64,000 bases of DNA from an uncultured Gemmatimonadaceae bacterium (GCA_963761305.1 CAVXGK010000001.1:256001-320000), one strand, 5' to 3'; counted from the first letter of the stretch, positions 1 to 10,643 are shown. Notes: generated by a model not told the origin, from the letters alone. Made by a program: numbers and translations.

Positions 1-151
1 CCCGCAGATACACGCCAAGCAATTTCGAACGATCAATACATTCGCAGCGTCGCCGTTGAAATCTGCGGCATTGCCGGTTCTAATCAGCGGCATCTGTGTT
101 CCGCTTTCTTGAACTACCTCGCGGCCAGTCCCGTTTCTCAGTCCCGCGAAG

Positions 152-3016
152 TCAGCGGCTCGTCGACAGCAGCCGCTCGCTCGCGCGGCGTTCCACGGCC
201 GTATCGCCGAGCTCTTTGGCGAGATCGATCTGCAGTTGGAGCCCCGTCTCACGGTAGCGAGGCCAGCCGCGGCCGAACGATCGCCGCTGCAACGCCGAGA
301 GTGCATAACGCGAATCGCCCAGCGAGCGATACTCGCGCGCCACGACGAGATTCGCGTAGCGCATCGCGTCGCCCACCGCGGGGCCGCTCAACATCAACGA
401 GTCGAGATGCGCGAGCCGATCTCGCGCGTTCGGCGCGCCGGCTTGAATCGCGATGGCCGCGTCGAGCAGCGTCGAACACGCGTTCGGATTGGCGCCCACG
501 GGCACCGGAAACGCCGGCGGCGCGCCCGCGTGCAACAGCGCCAGCGCGTCGCGGGCGCCGCGCACGTCGCCCGTCTTGAGCCGCCATTGCCCCAACACAC
601 ATGCGTCCGCCAGCCGCACCGCGCTGTCGGCGACCGATGGGCTGCGGGGCGCGCGTAGCCGCTCGCTCAGCGCATCGGCGGCCGCTCGCGCCGCCGACGG
701 ATCTTCGCCCGAGTACAACGCGTCGAGCACGCGCAGACGAAGCCCCGGATGCAGTCCGGGCGGAAACGATTCCAGATCTCGCGCGATCGCCACCGCCGTC
801 GCCCGATCGCCTCGATTCAACGCGCGACTGTGGCGCGCCAGCGCGACGTCCACCCGCTCGCCGTCGGTGACGGCACGCCGGCGCAAAATCTCGATCGCCC
901 GATCTCCATCGCCGACACCGACGCCGTCGAACTGCGCCGCCATCGCGATGTTGCGCAACGCGCCGCTCGGCGCGTCGGCGAACCGTGCACGCAAGCGACG
1001 CACCTCCTGCGAATCGCCGAGCGCTTCAGCCACGCGCCACCGCACGAACGCACTCAGCGCGTCGCTGGTGTCGGTGGCGGGCGCCGCGGCGACGAGTCGG
1101 CGCAGCGCGGACGTGTCGCGCTCGCGCGAATACAGCAACGCCAACATTCGCCGCGACGGGCTGAACGTCGGATCGAGTTGCAGCGCGCGGGTGAACGCGT
1201 CGGCCGCGCGGGCCCCCGCGTCGCGCATGCCGAGAATCTCGCCGTCGTTGTAGAAACTCTCGCCGAGCTCGTACCAGCCGTCGGCGCGATCCGGCGCGAG
1301 GCGCACAACTTCTCGCCATGCGTCGACGATCTCCGCCGCCGACGACGGCTGCGGATAGCGCGGGCCCGCGAACGCGCGAAGAAACGCGCGATCCGCCGGC
1401 GGAAGCGCCGCCTGCTGCGCCCACGCGATCGCCACGCCGCGGTCGTGCTGCTCGGCGGAGTTCACCTTGTCGGCCGACAGCGCGAGGCCGAGCGCGGCGA
1501 GCGCGAACTTCGGTTCCTCGGCGACCGCTTGTCCGTACGACCGCAACGCGCGGTTGTAGTCGCTGAGCCGATACGCGGCCCGCGCCGCGAGATAGTCCCG
1601 CAGCGCCGGCGGCGAAATACTCGGCGGCTGCGGCAACGACGACACTCTCTCGCCGGCCTCCGGCAGAATGAGTCCCGCGACGATGCGATCGCAGAGCGCG
1701 ATCAGGCTGTCCGGCAACCCGACGACGCGCACCGATGCGGCAACGTGCGCCGTCGCGACGTCCACGAGCGACGCGCGGATTTCCACCGTTCCCGATGCGG
1801 ACGGCCGGATCGAACCGGAAACGATTTGATCTGCGCCGAGTGATTGCGCGAGGCGCACTGCGTCGCCGACGCTCGGCGTCGCAGCCGCCTCGACCATGAA
1901 TCCCGTCGATCGCGCAGCACGAAGGACGCGCGACGGATCGGCCGGACGTTTGCCGTCGGCCACGGCGAAGCGCGACGCCAAGAGCTCGAGCAGTCCTTCG
2001 CGCACGTACGACGCGGACGCGTCCGACGAATCGATGTGAAACGGAGCGACGGCGATGACCGGCTCGTGTTCGGCGGCTCGCGCCGTCGCGAGACGCCACG
2101 CCGAGGCGGACAACGCGCCGATGGCCACGAGGAGCGACCCCGCGACGCCGAGCCACGCCGCCGACCGATTGATTCTCCGCTTTCGCGCGTGTGGGGCGTC
2201 GCTCGCCGGCGCAGTCGCCACCGCCGGCGCCATGTCTCGCGGCGCAGTGACGTCGGACGAAGCGGCCTCCTCGCTCGCAATCGCCGCGACGCCGCGCGGC
2301 GCCGATGTCCGGCGGAGTTTCGCGAGCAGCTCGGCGACCTCCGGCGTCGGCGGGAGGTCGAGATCGGCGCGCATCCGAGCCTCGTGCCAGCGCCCGCGCT
2401 GCAGCGCGCCGGCGTGATCGCCGTTTTCGGCGAGCGCCGTCATGAGCCCCGCGATCGCGGCGCCGTTCAGCGGATCGTGATCGGCCAGGCGAAGGCGCCA
2501 CGATACTTCGGCGTCGACGTTGCCGCCTTCGCGTGCCGCGCGAGCAAGAGTCTCGAGGGATTGAGCGAACGACCTCGCGAACCGGTCGCGCTCGCCAGCG
2601 GCCCAGAACTCGAAGTCCGGATCGCCGTTGAGGTAGAAGCCGTCGAGAAACGGTCCGCGATAGAGCTCGACGGCGTCGGCAAGACGGCTCTCGGCGATCG
2701 CGCGCTGAAAGTCGGCGACATCCGATGAGAGCACCGATGCATCGACGCGTAAGTCCGTACCGCTAAGAAAGATTCGCTCGACGCCGAGGGCCTTTCTTAT
2801 ATGGTAGAGTGACTGAGTGAGTGCGTGTCGCGACTTATCGGGCTCGCCTTCGGACCACAACAGGCCGAGGAGCTTGTCGCGAGACATTCCTCGCTCGCCG
2901 ACGGACGCGAGGATCGTGAGGATCGCGAGCAGGCGACGTTGCCCTGCGGGACCCGTCAGAATGACCCCGTTCTGCGACAGGTAAACGCTACCGAACGTGC
3001 AAAGGCGTAGGGTCAT
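152..3016 (-). CDS. BTAD/SARP-family transcriptional regulator with TM segment and C-terminal TolB-like/TPR region
   Basis: N-terminal 'LRLCTFG...RRLLAILTIL...SRDKLLGLLW...ALTQSLYHIRKALG' wHTH; BTAD motif 'LYRGPFLDGF'; TM; 'IAVAPF' TolB-like; TPR-like helices. Start is ATG 3016 or 3043. Confidence 0.85.
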   Translation of the reverse strand: MTLRLCTFGSVYLSQNGVILTGPAGQRRLLAILTILASVGERGMSRDKLLGLLWSEGEPDKSRHALTQSLYHIRKALGVERIFLSGTDLRVDASVLSSDVADFQRAIAESRLADAVELYRGPFLDGFYLNGDPDFEFWAAGERDRFARSFAQSLETLARAAREGGNVDAEVSWRLRLADHDPLNGAAIAGLMTALAENGDHAGALQRGRWHEARMRADLDLPPTPEVAELLAKLRRTSAPRGVAAIASEEAASSDVTAPRDMAPAVATAPASDAPHARKRRINRSAAWLGVAGSLLVAIGALSASAWRLATARAAEHEPVIAVAPFHIDSSDASASYVREGLLELLASRFAVADGKRPADPSRVLRAARSTGFMVEAAATPSVGDAVRLAQSLGADQIVSGSIRPSASGTVEIRASLVDVATAHVAASVRVVGLPDSLIALCDRIVAGLILPEAGERVSSLPQPPSISPPALRDYLAARAAYRLSDYNRALRSYGQAVAEEPKFALAALGLALSADKVNSAEQHDRGVAIAWAQQAALPPADRAFLRAFAGPRYPQPSSAAEIVDAWREVVRLAPDRADGWYELGESFYNDGEILGMRDAGARAADAFTRALQLDPTFSPSRRMLALLYSRERDTSALRRLVAAAPATDTSDALSAFVRWRVAEALGDSQEVRRLRARFADAPSGALRNIAMAAQFDGVGVGDGDRAIEILRRRAVTDGERVDVALARHSRALNRGDRATAVAIARDLESFPPGLHPGLRLRVLDALYSGEDPSAARAAADALSERLRAPRSPSVADSAVRLADACVLGQWRLKTGDVRGARDALALLHAGAPPAFPVPVGANPNACSTLLDAAIAIQAGAPNARDRLAHLDSLMLSGPAVGDAMRYANLVVAREYRSLGDSRYALSALQRRSFGRGWPRYRETGLQLQIDLAKELGDTAVERRASERLLSTSR

Positions 3017-3142
3017 CGGGCAGGCGGCGGGACCGTCTGACATCCATCTGAGGGGCGGGCCTTATAGATGTTCCGCCGACCGACGAAACGCAACCTGGGT
3101 TGCGCGCTTGGTGTTCGTTTTTCCCCCACCCCACCGACGCTG

Positions 3143-3973
3143 ATGTCCGCTGCTGTTCCGCTGAACCTTCCCACTCTCCGCGAGAGGACGTCTCGCGCCG
3201 ACGCCGCGACCGAACTTGGCGTCGCGGTCAGCGTCGTGATCCCGACGCTCAACGAGGCGGGACAGATTGCCCAAGCTGTCGGGGACCTTTCGTGGGCCAA
3301 TGAGGTCATCGTCGTCGATGGTGGCTCGATGGATGGCACGGCGTCGATCGCCGAAGCCGCCGGCGCGCGCGTCATTGTCCTGAGTGGCCAAACGATCGCC
3401 GCGCAACGAAACGCCGGCATCGAAGCGGCGCGCAACCGCTGGATTCTCGCGTTGGACGCCGACGAGCGTGCGTCCATGCAGTTGCGGGCCGAGGTCTCAC
3501 AGGTTGTAACCGGCCGGAATCCGACGCACGCCGCCTATCGCATGAAGTTCCGCAACCACTACCTCGGCCGCGAGTTGCGGCACGGGCCGTGGGGTCGCGA
3601 TTGGCACGTTCGTTTGTTCACCAACGACCGGCGATACGTCTGCCACCGCGTCCACGAGCATCTCGAGACGATCGAGGACATCGGTGTGCTCACCGGTCCG
3701 ATCGTGCACCACCCGTATCGCGATCTCGCGCACCACGTGAGCAAGATCGTGAAGTACGCGCGGTGGGGCGCCGAAGACCTTCAGGCGCGGGGCCGCGAGG
3801 CGCACATGCGCGATCTGGTCGGCCGGCCGGCGTGGCGCTTCGTTCGCGACTATTTCGTGTACGCCGGCTGGCGCGACGGCAGCGTGGGGTTCGTCGCGGC
3901 AGCGCTGAGCTCCTTCGCGTCGTTCCTCAAGTACGCCTTCCTCTTCTCGAGGAGCCGAACGTCCGACGGATGA
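3143..3973 (+). CDS. Glycosyltransferase family 2
   Basis: 'VSVVIPTLNE', 'VVDGGSMDGT', 'QRNAG', DxD motif 'LDADE', 'VHE'. Confidence 0.9.
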   Translation: MSAAVPLNLPTLRERTSRADAATELGVAVSVVIPTLNEAGQIAQAVGDLSWANEVIVVDGGSMDGTASIAEAAGARVIVLSGQTIAAQRNAGIEAARNRWILALDADERASMQLRAEVSQVVTGRNPTHAAYRMKFRNHYLGRELRHGPWGRDWHVRLFTNDRRYVCHRVHEHLETIEDIGVLTGPIVHHPYRDLAHHVSKIVKYARWGAEDLQARGREAHMRDLVGRPAWRFVRDYFVYAGWRDGSVGFVAAALSSFASFLKYAFLFSRSRTSDG

Positions 3974-4686
3974 AGCTCACGATCTTGATGTATCACAAGG
4001 TCGATGAGCTCCCCGTCCCGCAGGTGCGCACCCCCGGCAATTTCGTCGAGCCGCGTTTGTTCGCGGAGCAGCTCGACGCACTCGCCGAATGGGGCTACCG
4101 CACGATCGATTTCGGCGATTGGCTCGCCTATCGCGACGGCGGCCGGGCAATTCCCAAGCGGCCGCTCATCTTGACCTTCGACGACGGCTACACGTGCTTC
4201 GACACGCGGGCGTGGCCCGCATTACGCGCGCGCGACATGGGCGCGTGGGTGTTTCTCGTCGCCGGCCAGATCGGCGGCACGAACGCATGGGATCGCGACG
4301 AGCAGCCCTTTCCGCTGCTCGGCCCCGAGCGCATTCACGCTCTTCAACACGAGGGCGTTCGCTTCGGATCACACGGCGATCTCCACGTTCCGCTCGCTCG
4401 CGTTCCCCGCGAGCAGGCCGCCGCCGATCTCCGCCGGTCGCGTGAGGCACTCGGCGATCTGCTCGGCCATGCGGTGGACGTCGTGGCGTACCCGTTCAGC
4501 AATCAGAATGGCGTCGTGCGCCATCTCGCGCACGACGCCGGCTACCGCTGCGCCGTGCGCGGTTCCGGACGCATGAACCGGAGGACCACCGACGCGTTCG
4601 GGCTCCGGCGGATCAAGATGGATTCGACGATGACCGTCGAACGGTTGCGGCGGACACTCTTCATGGAACGCTACTTCGGATTCTGA
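3970..4686 (+). CDS. Polysaccharide deacetylase (CE4/NodB)
   Basis: 'ILMYHKV', 'LTFDDGY', 'GSHGDLH', 'AYPF'; ATGA overlap with the GT2 stop. Confidence 0.9.
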   Translation: MKLTILMYHKVDELPVPQVRTPGNFVEPRLFAEQLDALAEWGYRTIDFGDWLAYRDGGRAIPKRPLILTFDDGYTCFDTRAWPALRARDMGAWVFLVAGQIGGTNAWDRDEQPFPLLGPERIHALQHEGVRFGSHGDLHVPLARVPREQAAADLRRSREALGDLLGHAVDVVAYPFSNQNGVVRHLAHDAGYRCAVRGSGRMNRRTTDAFGLRRIKMDSTMTVERLRRTLFMERYFGF

Positions 4687-4716
4687 CGCGATCGATGGGC
4701 TGAAAGCGCCATGAAT

Positions 4717-7700
4717 CTAGGCCTTCGGCCGTTCCGGACCGAGCACCCGGACGATCGCCGCTTCCGCCGCATCCAACGCTTTGCGGAGCACCTGGAGGCG
4801 CTCCACGGCGTCGCGGCCAACGCGTTGGTCGACGCGCGCCGTCATGCCGGCGAGATAGGCGATCTGCGTCTGGAGGCCGGGACGGCCGTACCGAACGCCC
4901 TCGTCGGGGCCGAAGAGCGTCGTCGCCAGCGAATCCACCTTCGCCAGCGAGTCAGCGCTGCCGCCGGTGCGCAGTCGGGTGCGCGCCTGCCGCACGCGAT
5001 TGGCCGCGCGGCCGACCTCGGCCGCCATCTCCCGCGCGCGTACGTTGTGCTCGTACTGCTCGCGGAGGTCGGCCGTCGTCACGTGATCGGCCACGAGGCG
5101 CGGGTCGGGCAGGAGCGCGAGCGGCTCCGTGTGACTCCACGACCCCGCGCTCATTTTCACGTGATAGGATCCCGGCGGGAGCATCAGGCCGCCGCCGTCG
5201 TTGAAATCCCACACGAGCCGGTTCATTCCCGCGTTGGCCGTTAGGCGAACGGACGGCGCGGCGCGGCGGAATCCTCCGCCCTCTTCGTCGTCCGGTGCGG
5301 GAGCGGGTGCGTCGGCCGACGCCACGGTGATCGTCGCTTCGCTCGAGTAGTGTCGGACTTCGCGATTCGCCGAATCCAGAATCGCGATCGTCACCGGGCC
5401 GGCCTGCGGCCGTGCGAGGTAATAGTCGATGAACGCACCATTGGGCCCGAACTGCGCCTGGCCCGACGCCGGCGCGGCGCCGCCTCCGCCGCCTCCGCCG
5501 CCTCCGCCGCCTCCGCCTCCGCCGAATCCTCGGCCGCCGCCGATGCGCGCACGCACGGCGTCGCGGGGCTTGAACAAGACCGCGGCGGTCGTCGCGGTCT
5601 GCGCGTTCACCTGCCGCAGCGCCGAGATGTCGTCGAGGATCCACATCGAGCGGCCCTGCGTGGCGAGAATCAGGTCGTCGTGGTGGACCTTGATGTCGGT
5701 AATCGGCACGTTCGGCACGTTCAGCTCGAACGGCAGCCAATGCGCGCCGTCGTCGTACGAGATGAAGAGGCCGAACTCGGTCCCGGCGTAGAGCAGATGC
5801 TCGCGCACCGGGTCTTCGCGCACGACGCGGGTCGGCCAATCGGCGGGAATGCCGTTCTTGCCGTCGGTGAGACGCGTCCAGGTCGCGCCGTAGTTTTCGG
5901 TCTTATAAATATACGGCTCGAAATCCCCGAGCAGATAGCGATAGACCGCGTAGTAGGCCGAGCCTTTGCGGTGCGGCGACGTCTCGATGTACTGGACGCG
6001 GCCGCCCGGCGGGAGATCCTTCGGCGTGACGTTCGTCCACGTCTTGCCGTTGTCGCGCGAGATGTAGAACGGCCCGTCGTTCGACCCGGTCCAGATGACG
6101 CCGGGCTCCGTCTTCGACTCGCTGATCGCGTAGATCGTGCTGTAGAACTCCTCGCCGGTGACGTCGCGCGTGATCGGCTCGCCGCTTCCGCCCTGGCAGC
6201 AGGCGGGATGCGCGGTGAGATCGGGCGAGATCTTTTCCCAGTGGACGCCGCCGTCTCGGGACCGGTGCACGAACTGCGAGCCGTAGTACACGACGCTCGA
6301 GTCCCACGGCGACGTCTCCATCGGCGAGACACGCTGAAAGCGGAAGATGAGATCCTTCGCGTCGTTGCCGTACAGCGACTGCGCGCCGACCCAGTAGCTC
6401 TGCTCCTGACGCGTGTTCATGAACATGCGACCGAACTGTCCCTTGCACGCGCCGTAGACGATCTCCGGATTCTTTGGGTGCGGCATGATCGGCCCCGTCT
6501 CGCAACCGGGCCCCGTCGCGAACGGCTCGGTATTTCCCGCGACGGGGTTGCTCGGGACGATCACGGTGTTCGCATCCTGCTGCGCGCCGTAGAGGCGATA
6601 GGGCGTCTGGTCGTCGAGCCACACGCCGTAGATCTCCGCCGTCGGCTGATTCATCTGCGTCGACCACGTGCGGCCGCCGTCCTGCGACACGTTCGCGCCG
6701 CCGTCGTTCGACTGGATCATGATTTTCCCGTCGTGCGGGTTGATCCACATATCATGATTGTCGCCGTGCGGCGTGCGGAGCGTCGCCCACGTGGCGCCGC
6801 CGTCGGTGGACTTGTAGAAGTTCTCGGCGCCCGCGTAGACGACGTCGGCGTTCGTCGGATCGACGGCAAGCGCGACGTAGTAGAAGGGACGCGTGATGAG
6901 CTGCCCGTAATTGCTCACCTGCTTCCACGACGCGCCCGCGTCCTCCGAGCGATAGAGTCCGCCGCCGGGCTTCCCCTCGACGAGCGCGTAGACGCGATTC
7001 GGGTTCGCGGCGCTGACGGCGAGGTTCGCCTTGCCGACGAGTTCCGTCGGCAGGCCGTTCGTGATCTTGGTGAAATGCTCGCCGCCGTCGGTGCTCTTGT
7101 AGAATCCGACGCCCGCCGAATTCTGCGCGCCGCTGATGATCGTCCACGGTCTGCGTTCGCCGCGCCACATCCACGCGTAGACGACGTCCGGGTTCGTTGG
7201 ATTCAGCTCGACGACCGCCGCGCCGACGCTGTCCGAAACGAACAGCACCTTGCGCCACGTCTTGCCGCCGTCGCTGCTCTTGAAGACCCCGCGCTCCGAG
7301 TTCGGCTTGAACGCGTTGCCGATCGCCGCGACCCACACGACGTTGGGGTTCGTCGGGTGAATGCGCACGGCGCCGATCTGTCCCGCGTCGTAGAGCCCGG
7401 CGAACGTCCACGTCGCGCCGCCGTCGGTCGACTTGTACACGCCGCGCCCCGTCGACACGTTGCTGCGAATGTCGTCCGAGCCCGTGCCGAGATAGATCGT
7501 ATTCGGATCCGACTCGGCGACGGCGATCGAACCGGTCGACGCGACGGGAACCTTGCCGTCGGTGATCGGCACCCACGACGCACCAGCGTCGGTCGTGCGA
7601 AACACGCCGCCGCTCGCCACACCCATGTAGAACGTGCGCGGCTGCGACGGCACTCCGGTCACCGTGGTGACTCGCCCGCCGCGCGGCGGGCCCACCATCC

Positions 7701-7848
7701 GAAAATGAAGGCCGTGGAAGAGCATCGTGTCCACCGAGGCGAGCATCGGCTGATGCGGCGACGGCGCCCGCTGGGCGGAGACGGGCGCGGCGAGCGCGAC
7801 TGCGGAAATCGCGGCGACGAAGCGCGAGAGGAACACGTGGCGGGTCAT
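4717..7848 (-). CDS. Secreted BNR/Asp-box repeat (VPS10/sortilin-like) glycosyl hydrolase-like beta-propeller protein
   Basis: Signal peptide; many SxDGGxTW Asp-boxes; 'GPPRGGRV' start motif; poly-Gly insert. Confidence 0.85.
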   Translation of the reverse strand: MTRHVFLSRFVAAISAVALAAPVSAQRAPSPHQPMLASVDTMLFHGLHFRMVGPPRGGRVTTVTGVPSQPRTFYMGVASGGVFRTTDAGASWVPITDGKVPVASTGSIAVAESDPNTIYLGTGSDDIRSNVSTGRGVYKSTDGGATWTFAGLYDAGQIGAVRIHPTNPNVVWVAAIGNAFKPNSERGVFKSSDGGKTWRKVLFVSDSVGAAVVELNPTNPDVVYAWMWRGERRPWTIISGAQNSAGVGFYKSTDGGEHFTKITNGLPTELVGKANLAVSAANPNRVYALVEGKPGGGLYRSEDAGASWKQVSNYGQLITRPFYYVALAVDPTNADVVYAGAENFYKSTDGGATWATLRTPHGDNHDMWINPHDGKIMIQSNDGGANVSQDGGRTWSTQMNQPTAEIYGVWLDDQTPYRLYGAQQDANTVIVPSNPVAGNTEPFATGPGCETGPIMPHPKNPEIVYGACKGQFGRMFMNTRQEQSYWVGAQSLYGNDAKDLIFRFQRVSPMETSPWDSSVVYYGSQFVHRSRDGGVHWEKISPDLTAHPACCQGGSGEPITRDVTGEEFYSTIYAISESKTEPGVIWTGSNDGPFYISRDNGKTWTNVTPKDLPPGGRVQYIETSPHRKGSAYYAVYRYLLGDFEPYIYKTENYGATWTRLTDGKNGIPADWPTRVVREDPVREHLLYAGTEFGLFISYDDGAHWLPFELNVPNVPITDIKVHHDDLILATQGRSMWILDDISALRQVNAQTATTAAVLFKPRDAVRARIGGGRGFGGGGGGGGGGGGGGGAAPASGQAQFGPNGAFIDYYLARPQAGPVTIAILDSANREVRHYSSEATITVASADAPAPAPDDEEGGGFRRAAPSVRLTANAGMNRLVWDFNDGGGLMLPPGSYHVKMSAGSWSHTEPLALLPDPRLVADHVTTADLREQYEHNVRAREMAAEVGRAANRVRQARTRLRTGGSADSLAKVDSLATTLFGPDEGVRYGRPGLQTQIAYLAGMTARVDQRVGRDAVERLQVLRKALDAAEAAIVRVLGPERPKA

Positions 7849-8184
7849 GGCTGTGAGGTCGGAGGATTCGGGATGCGAGAAAAGTGGCGCGTGCGCGGCG
7901 AGTTGCCAGTGGGCACTAACTGCGGCGCGCACGGATAGCCATCCTCTCAAGGCCAGGACTCCAGCGTCAGCGTCAGCGTCAGCCTTCAGAAAGGGCGACC
8001 GTGCGCGGTTGTTCCTGACGCCGGCGCTGTTGCTGCCGCCCAGAGTGCTGGCAGCCACAGCAGACGCAATCAGGCCACGACCCCCAACGAATCGCAACGG
8101 CCCGCCCTCGCTACTCGTAGCTCTCATCGACTCTTACGCCCCGCTTTTCCCCGGCGTATCGTCAACCCGCCTCCACCCCCTTCG

Positions 8185-10530
8185 ATGCGTCTCCGCTCTC
8201 TCGCCACTGCGATTCTCGCCGCCTCGGCCAGCGTCTCGTCGTCCGCGGTCGCCCAGCATGCGATTCCGACCCCGGCGTCCATCCTTGGCTTCGAGCCAGG
8301 CGCCGACCGGCATCTGCCGAGTTGGAAGCAGATCACCGACTACTTCACGGCGCTCAGCAAAGTCAGCCCGCGCGTCAAAATGCGCGTCCTCGGCAAGACC
8401 ACGCTCGGCCGCCCGTTTCTCGCCGTGTTCATCTCCGATTCGGCCACGCTCGCGAACCTCGACCACTACCGGCAGATCCAGCGCCGGCTGATGGATCCGC
8501 GGCTCCAGGCGCGTGGCGAGCGTGAGAATCTCATCGACGAAGGCAAGAACGTCATTCTCGTGACGTCGGCGATTCACTCCAACGAATCGGGCGGCTTCAC
8601 CACGCCGATCGTCCTCGCCGATCGCCTGGCGCGGGCGCAGGACCGCGAGGCGAAGGAGATTCTCGCCAACACGATCATCATCCTCGTGCCGTCGCAGAAT
8701 CCCGACGGCGTCGACATCATCGGCGACTACTACCGATCGACCATCGGCACGCCGCAGGAAGGACGCGACCCGCCGGTGCTCTACCACAAGTACGTCGGCC
8801 ATGACGACAACCGCGACTGGTACGCGTTCACGCAGCCCGAGACGCGCTACACGGTCGACTCGCTCTACACGCCGTGGGATCCGGAGATCGTCAACGACAT
8901 CCACCAGCAGGGATCGAACGCCGGGCGCATCTTCATTCCGCCGTACATGGATCCGATCGAGCCGAACATCGATCCGATTCTCACCGCGGCCACGAATGGG
9001 CTCGGCATGTCGATCGTGTGGCGCATGACGAACGAGGGCTTCACCGGGATCGGCAGCAACGCGTCGTACGACCAATGGTCGCCGGCGCGACAGTACTCGC
9101 TGTATCACCGCGGCGCACGACTCCTCACCGAAACAGCGAGCGCGTACCTCGCATCGCCGATGGACATTCCGTTCGACCAGCTTGGCGCCGGCCGCGGATA
9201 CGAAGCCAAGACCGTGACGTGGAATTTCCCGTCGCTCTGGGTCGGCGGGCATTGGGGCTACGGCGACATCGTTCGCTATCAGGTCGGCGCGAGCTGGGCG
9301 CTCTTCCTCGACGCCGCGCTCAATCGTCGCGCCTGGCTCGAGGGCTACGCGGCGCAGGCCGACCGCGCGCTTGGAGATCTCCCGGCGTGGGGGCGAGACA
9401 AGTGGCCCTCGGCGATCGTGATCTCGAAGACGCAGCCGGACACCCAGGCCTTGCAGCGCATGATCTGGACGCTGCAGCACGGGCAGGTCGAAGTGCGCGA
9501 GTCGACAGCGCCCACGACGATCGACGGCAAGACGTATCCCGCCGGCAGCTACGTGATCCTCACCAAGCAGCCGTTCGGCGCATACGCGAAAGCGTTGCTC
9601 GAGCGACAGCACTACCCCGATCTCTTCGACTATCCTGGGGGACCGCCGAAGCGCCCGTACGATGTCACGGCGCACACCCTGCCGCTGCTCTTCGGCGTCG
9701 ACGTCGCGCACGACACCGCGGCTCCGCCGGCGACCGGCGCGGTCATCAAAGAAGTGGCGGAGCCGAAATACGCCGCGGGCGTCCCGAGCTCCAAGCGTGT
9801 CGCGCTCCTTCGTCCGAGCACCAACGAGCCGATCGATGAAGGGTGGACGCACTGGATCCTCGATCTCTACAAGGTTCCGTTCACGCCGATCACCGAGAAG
9901 GATGTTGAGGCCGGTTCGCTCAACGACCGCTTCGACGTCATCGTGATTCCCGAGGGCGGAATCGGTGGCGGAGGTCGCGGTGGCGGTGGCGGTGGCGGAG
10001 GGCGCGGCGGGATTGTTCCAGCTGGCGGGGCTCGTGAAGGACGCGGCGGGGGAGTGGCCGAGGAATTCGGCGCGCTCGACACGTTCGTCAAGAACGGCGG
10101 ATCGGTGCTGGCGTTCAACACGGCGTCGAGCGCCGTCATCACGGGGCTCAAGCTGCCGGTGAAAAACGTGCTCGCCGGCGTGTCGAGCAACGATTTCTAT
10201 TGCCCCGGGTCGATCCTCGGTGTGGAGATCGACCGGTCGAGCCCGCTCGCCCGGGGCTTCACGGCGACTGTTCCCGCCATTTGGTTTGAAGGCGGTCCGG
10301 CATTCGAGATCACAGATCCGTCGCAAGCGACAGCGGTGGCGACCTATCCCGTTACAGGAAATCCCCTCCTTTCAGGCTGGCTGCTCGGGGGGTCGAAGCT
10401 CAATGGCAAGGCCGCGCTCGTGGACGTCAAAATGGGGCGCGGGCACGTGGTGCTTTACGGGTTCCGGCCGCAGTACCGCGGCCAGTCGATGGCAACGTAC
10501 TCGTTGATCTGGAATGCCATCGGGCAGTGA
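8185..10530 (+). CDS. Secreted M14 zinc carboxypeptidase-family protein
   Basis: Signal peptide; HxxE 'HSNE', 'NPDG', 'DNRD', third ligand 'DIHQ'; C-terminal GATase-like domain. Confidence 0.88.
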   Translation: MRLRSLATAILAASASVSSSAVAQHAIPTPASILGFEPGADRHLPSWKQITDYFTALSKVSPRVKMRVLGKTTLGRPFLAVFISDSATLANLDHYRQIQRRLMDPRLQARGERENLIDEGKNVILVTSAIHSNESGGFTTPIVLADRLARAQDREAKEILANTIIILVPSQNPDGVDIIGDYYRSTIGTPQEGRDPPVLYHKYVGHDDNRDWYAFTQPETRYTVDSLYTPWDPEIVNDIHQQGSNAGRIFIPPYMDPIEPNIDPILTAATNGLGMSIVWRMTNEGFTGIGSNASYDQWSPARQYSLYHRGARLLTETASAYLASPMDIPFDQLGAGRGYEAKTVTWNFPSLWVGGHWGYGDIVRYQVGASWALFLDAALNRRAWLEGYAAQADRALGDLPAWGRDKWPSAIVISKTQPDTQALQRMIWTLQHGQVEVRESTAPTTIDGKTYPAGSYVILTKQPFGAYAKALLERQHYPDLFDYPGGPPKRPYDVTAHTLPLLFGVDVAHDTAAPPATGAVIKEVAEPKYAAGVPSSKRVALLRPSTNEPIDEGWTHWILDLYKVPFTPITEKDVEAGSLNDRFDVIVIPEGGIGGGGRGGGGGGGGRGGIVPAGGAREGRGGGVAEEFGALDTFVKNGGSVLAFNTASSAVITGLKLPVKNVLAGVSSNDFYCPGSILGVEIDRSSPLARGFTATVPAIWFEGGPAFEITDPSQATAVATYPVTGNPLLSGWLLGGSKLNGKAALVDVKMGRGHVVLYGFRPQYRGQSMATYSLIWNAIGQ

Positions 10531-10627
10531 GCCGCGCGTCACCGCGCGGCTGCAATGAGCGGTTGCAGCGAAAAAAAATCGATCGTGCTCGGAAACAGTG
10601 TGGGGGAGCGCGGGTAAGATTGACAAG

Positions 10628-10643
10628 TGTGATTCAAGTCACG
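10628..10643. promoter_or_regulatory. CRP/FNR-type operator-like palindrome
   Basis: TGTGA-TTCAAG-TCACG matches TGTGA-N6-TCACA at 9 of 10 positions; directly after a TTGACA hexamer (10620-10625), about 100 bp upstream of the matrixin gene. Confidence 0.4.

Noticed and set aside
1..151. Partial CDS at the window start
   Set aside because: Too short, with no recognisable protein motif; cannot be supported.
5350..10326. Long antisense ORFs (5350-7938 +, 8134-10326 -, and similar ones such as 52462-54579)
   Set aside because: Shadow ORFs opposite well-supported genes, expected in high-GC DNA; no recognisable motifs.
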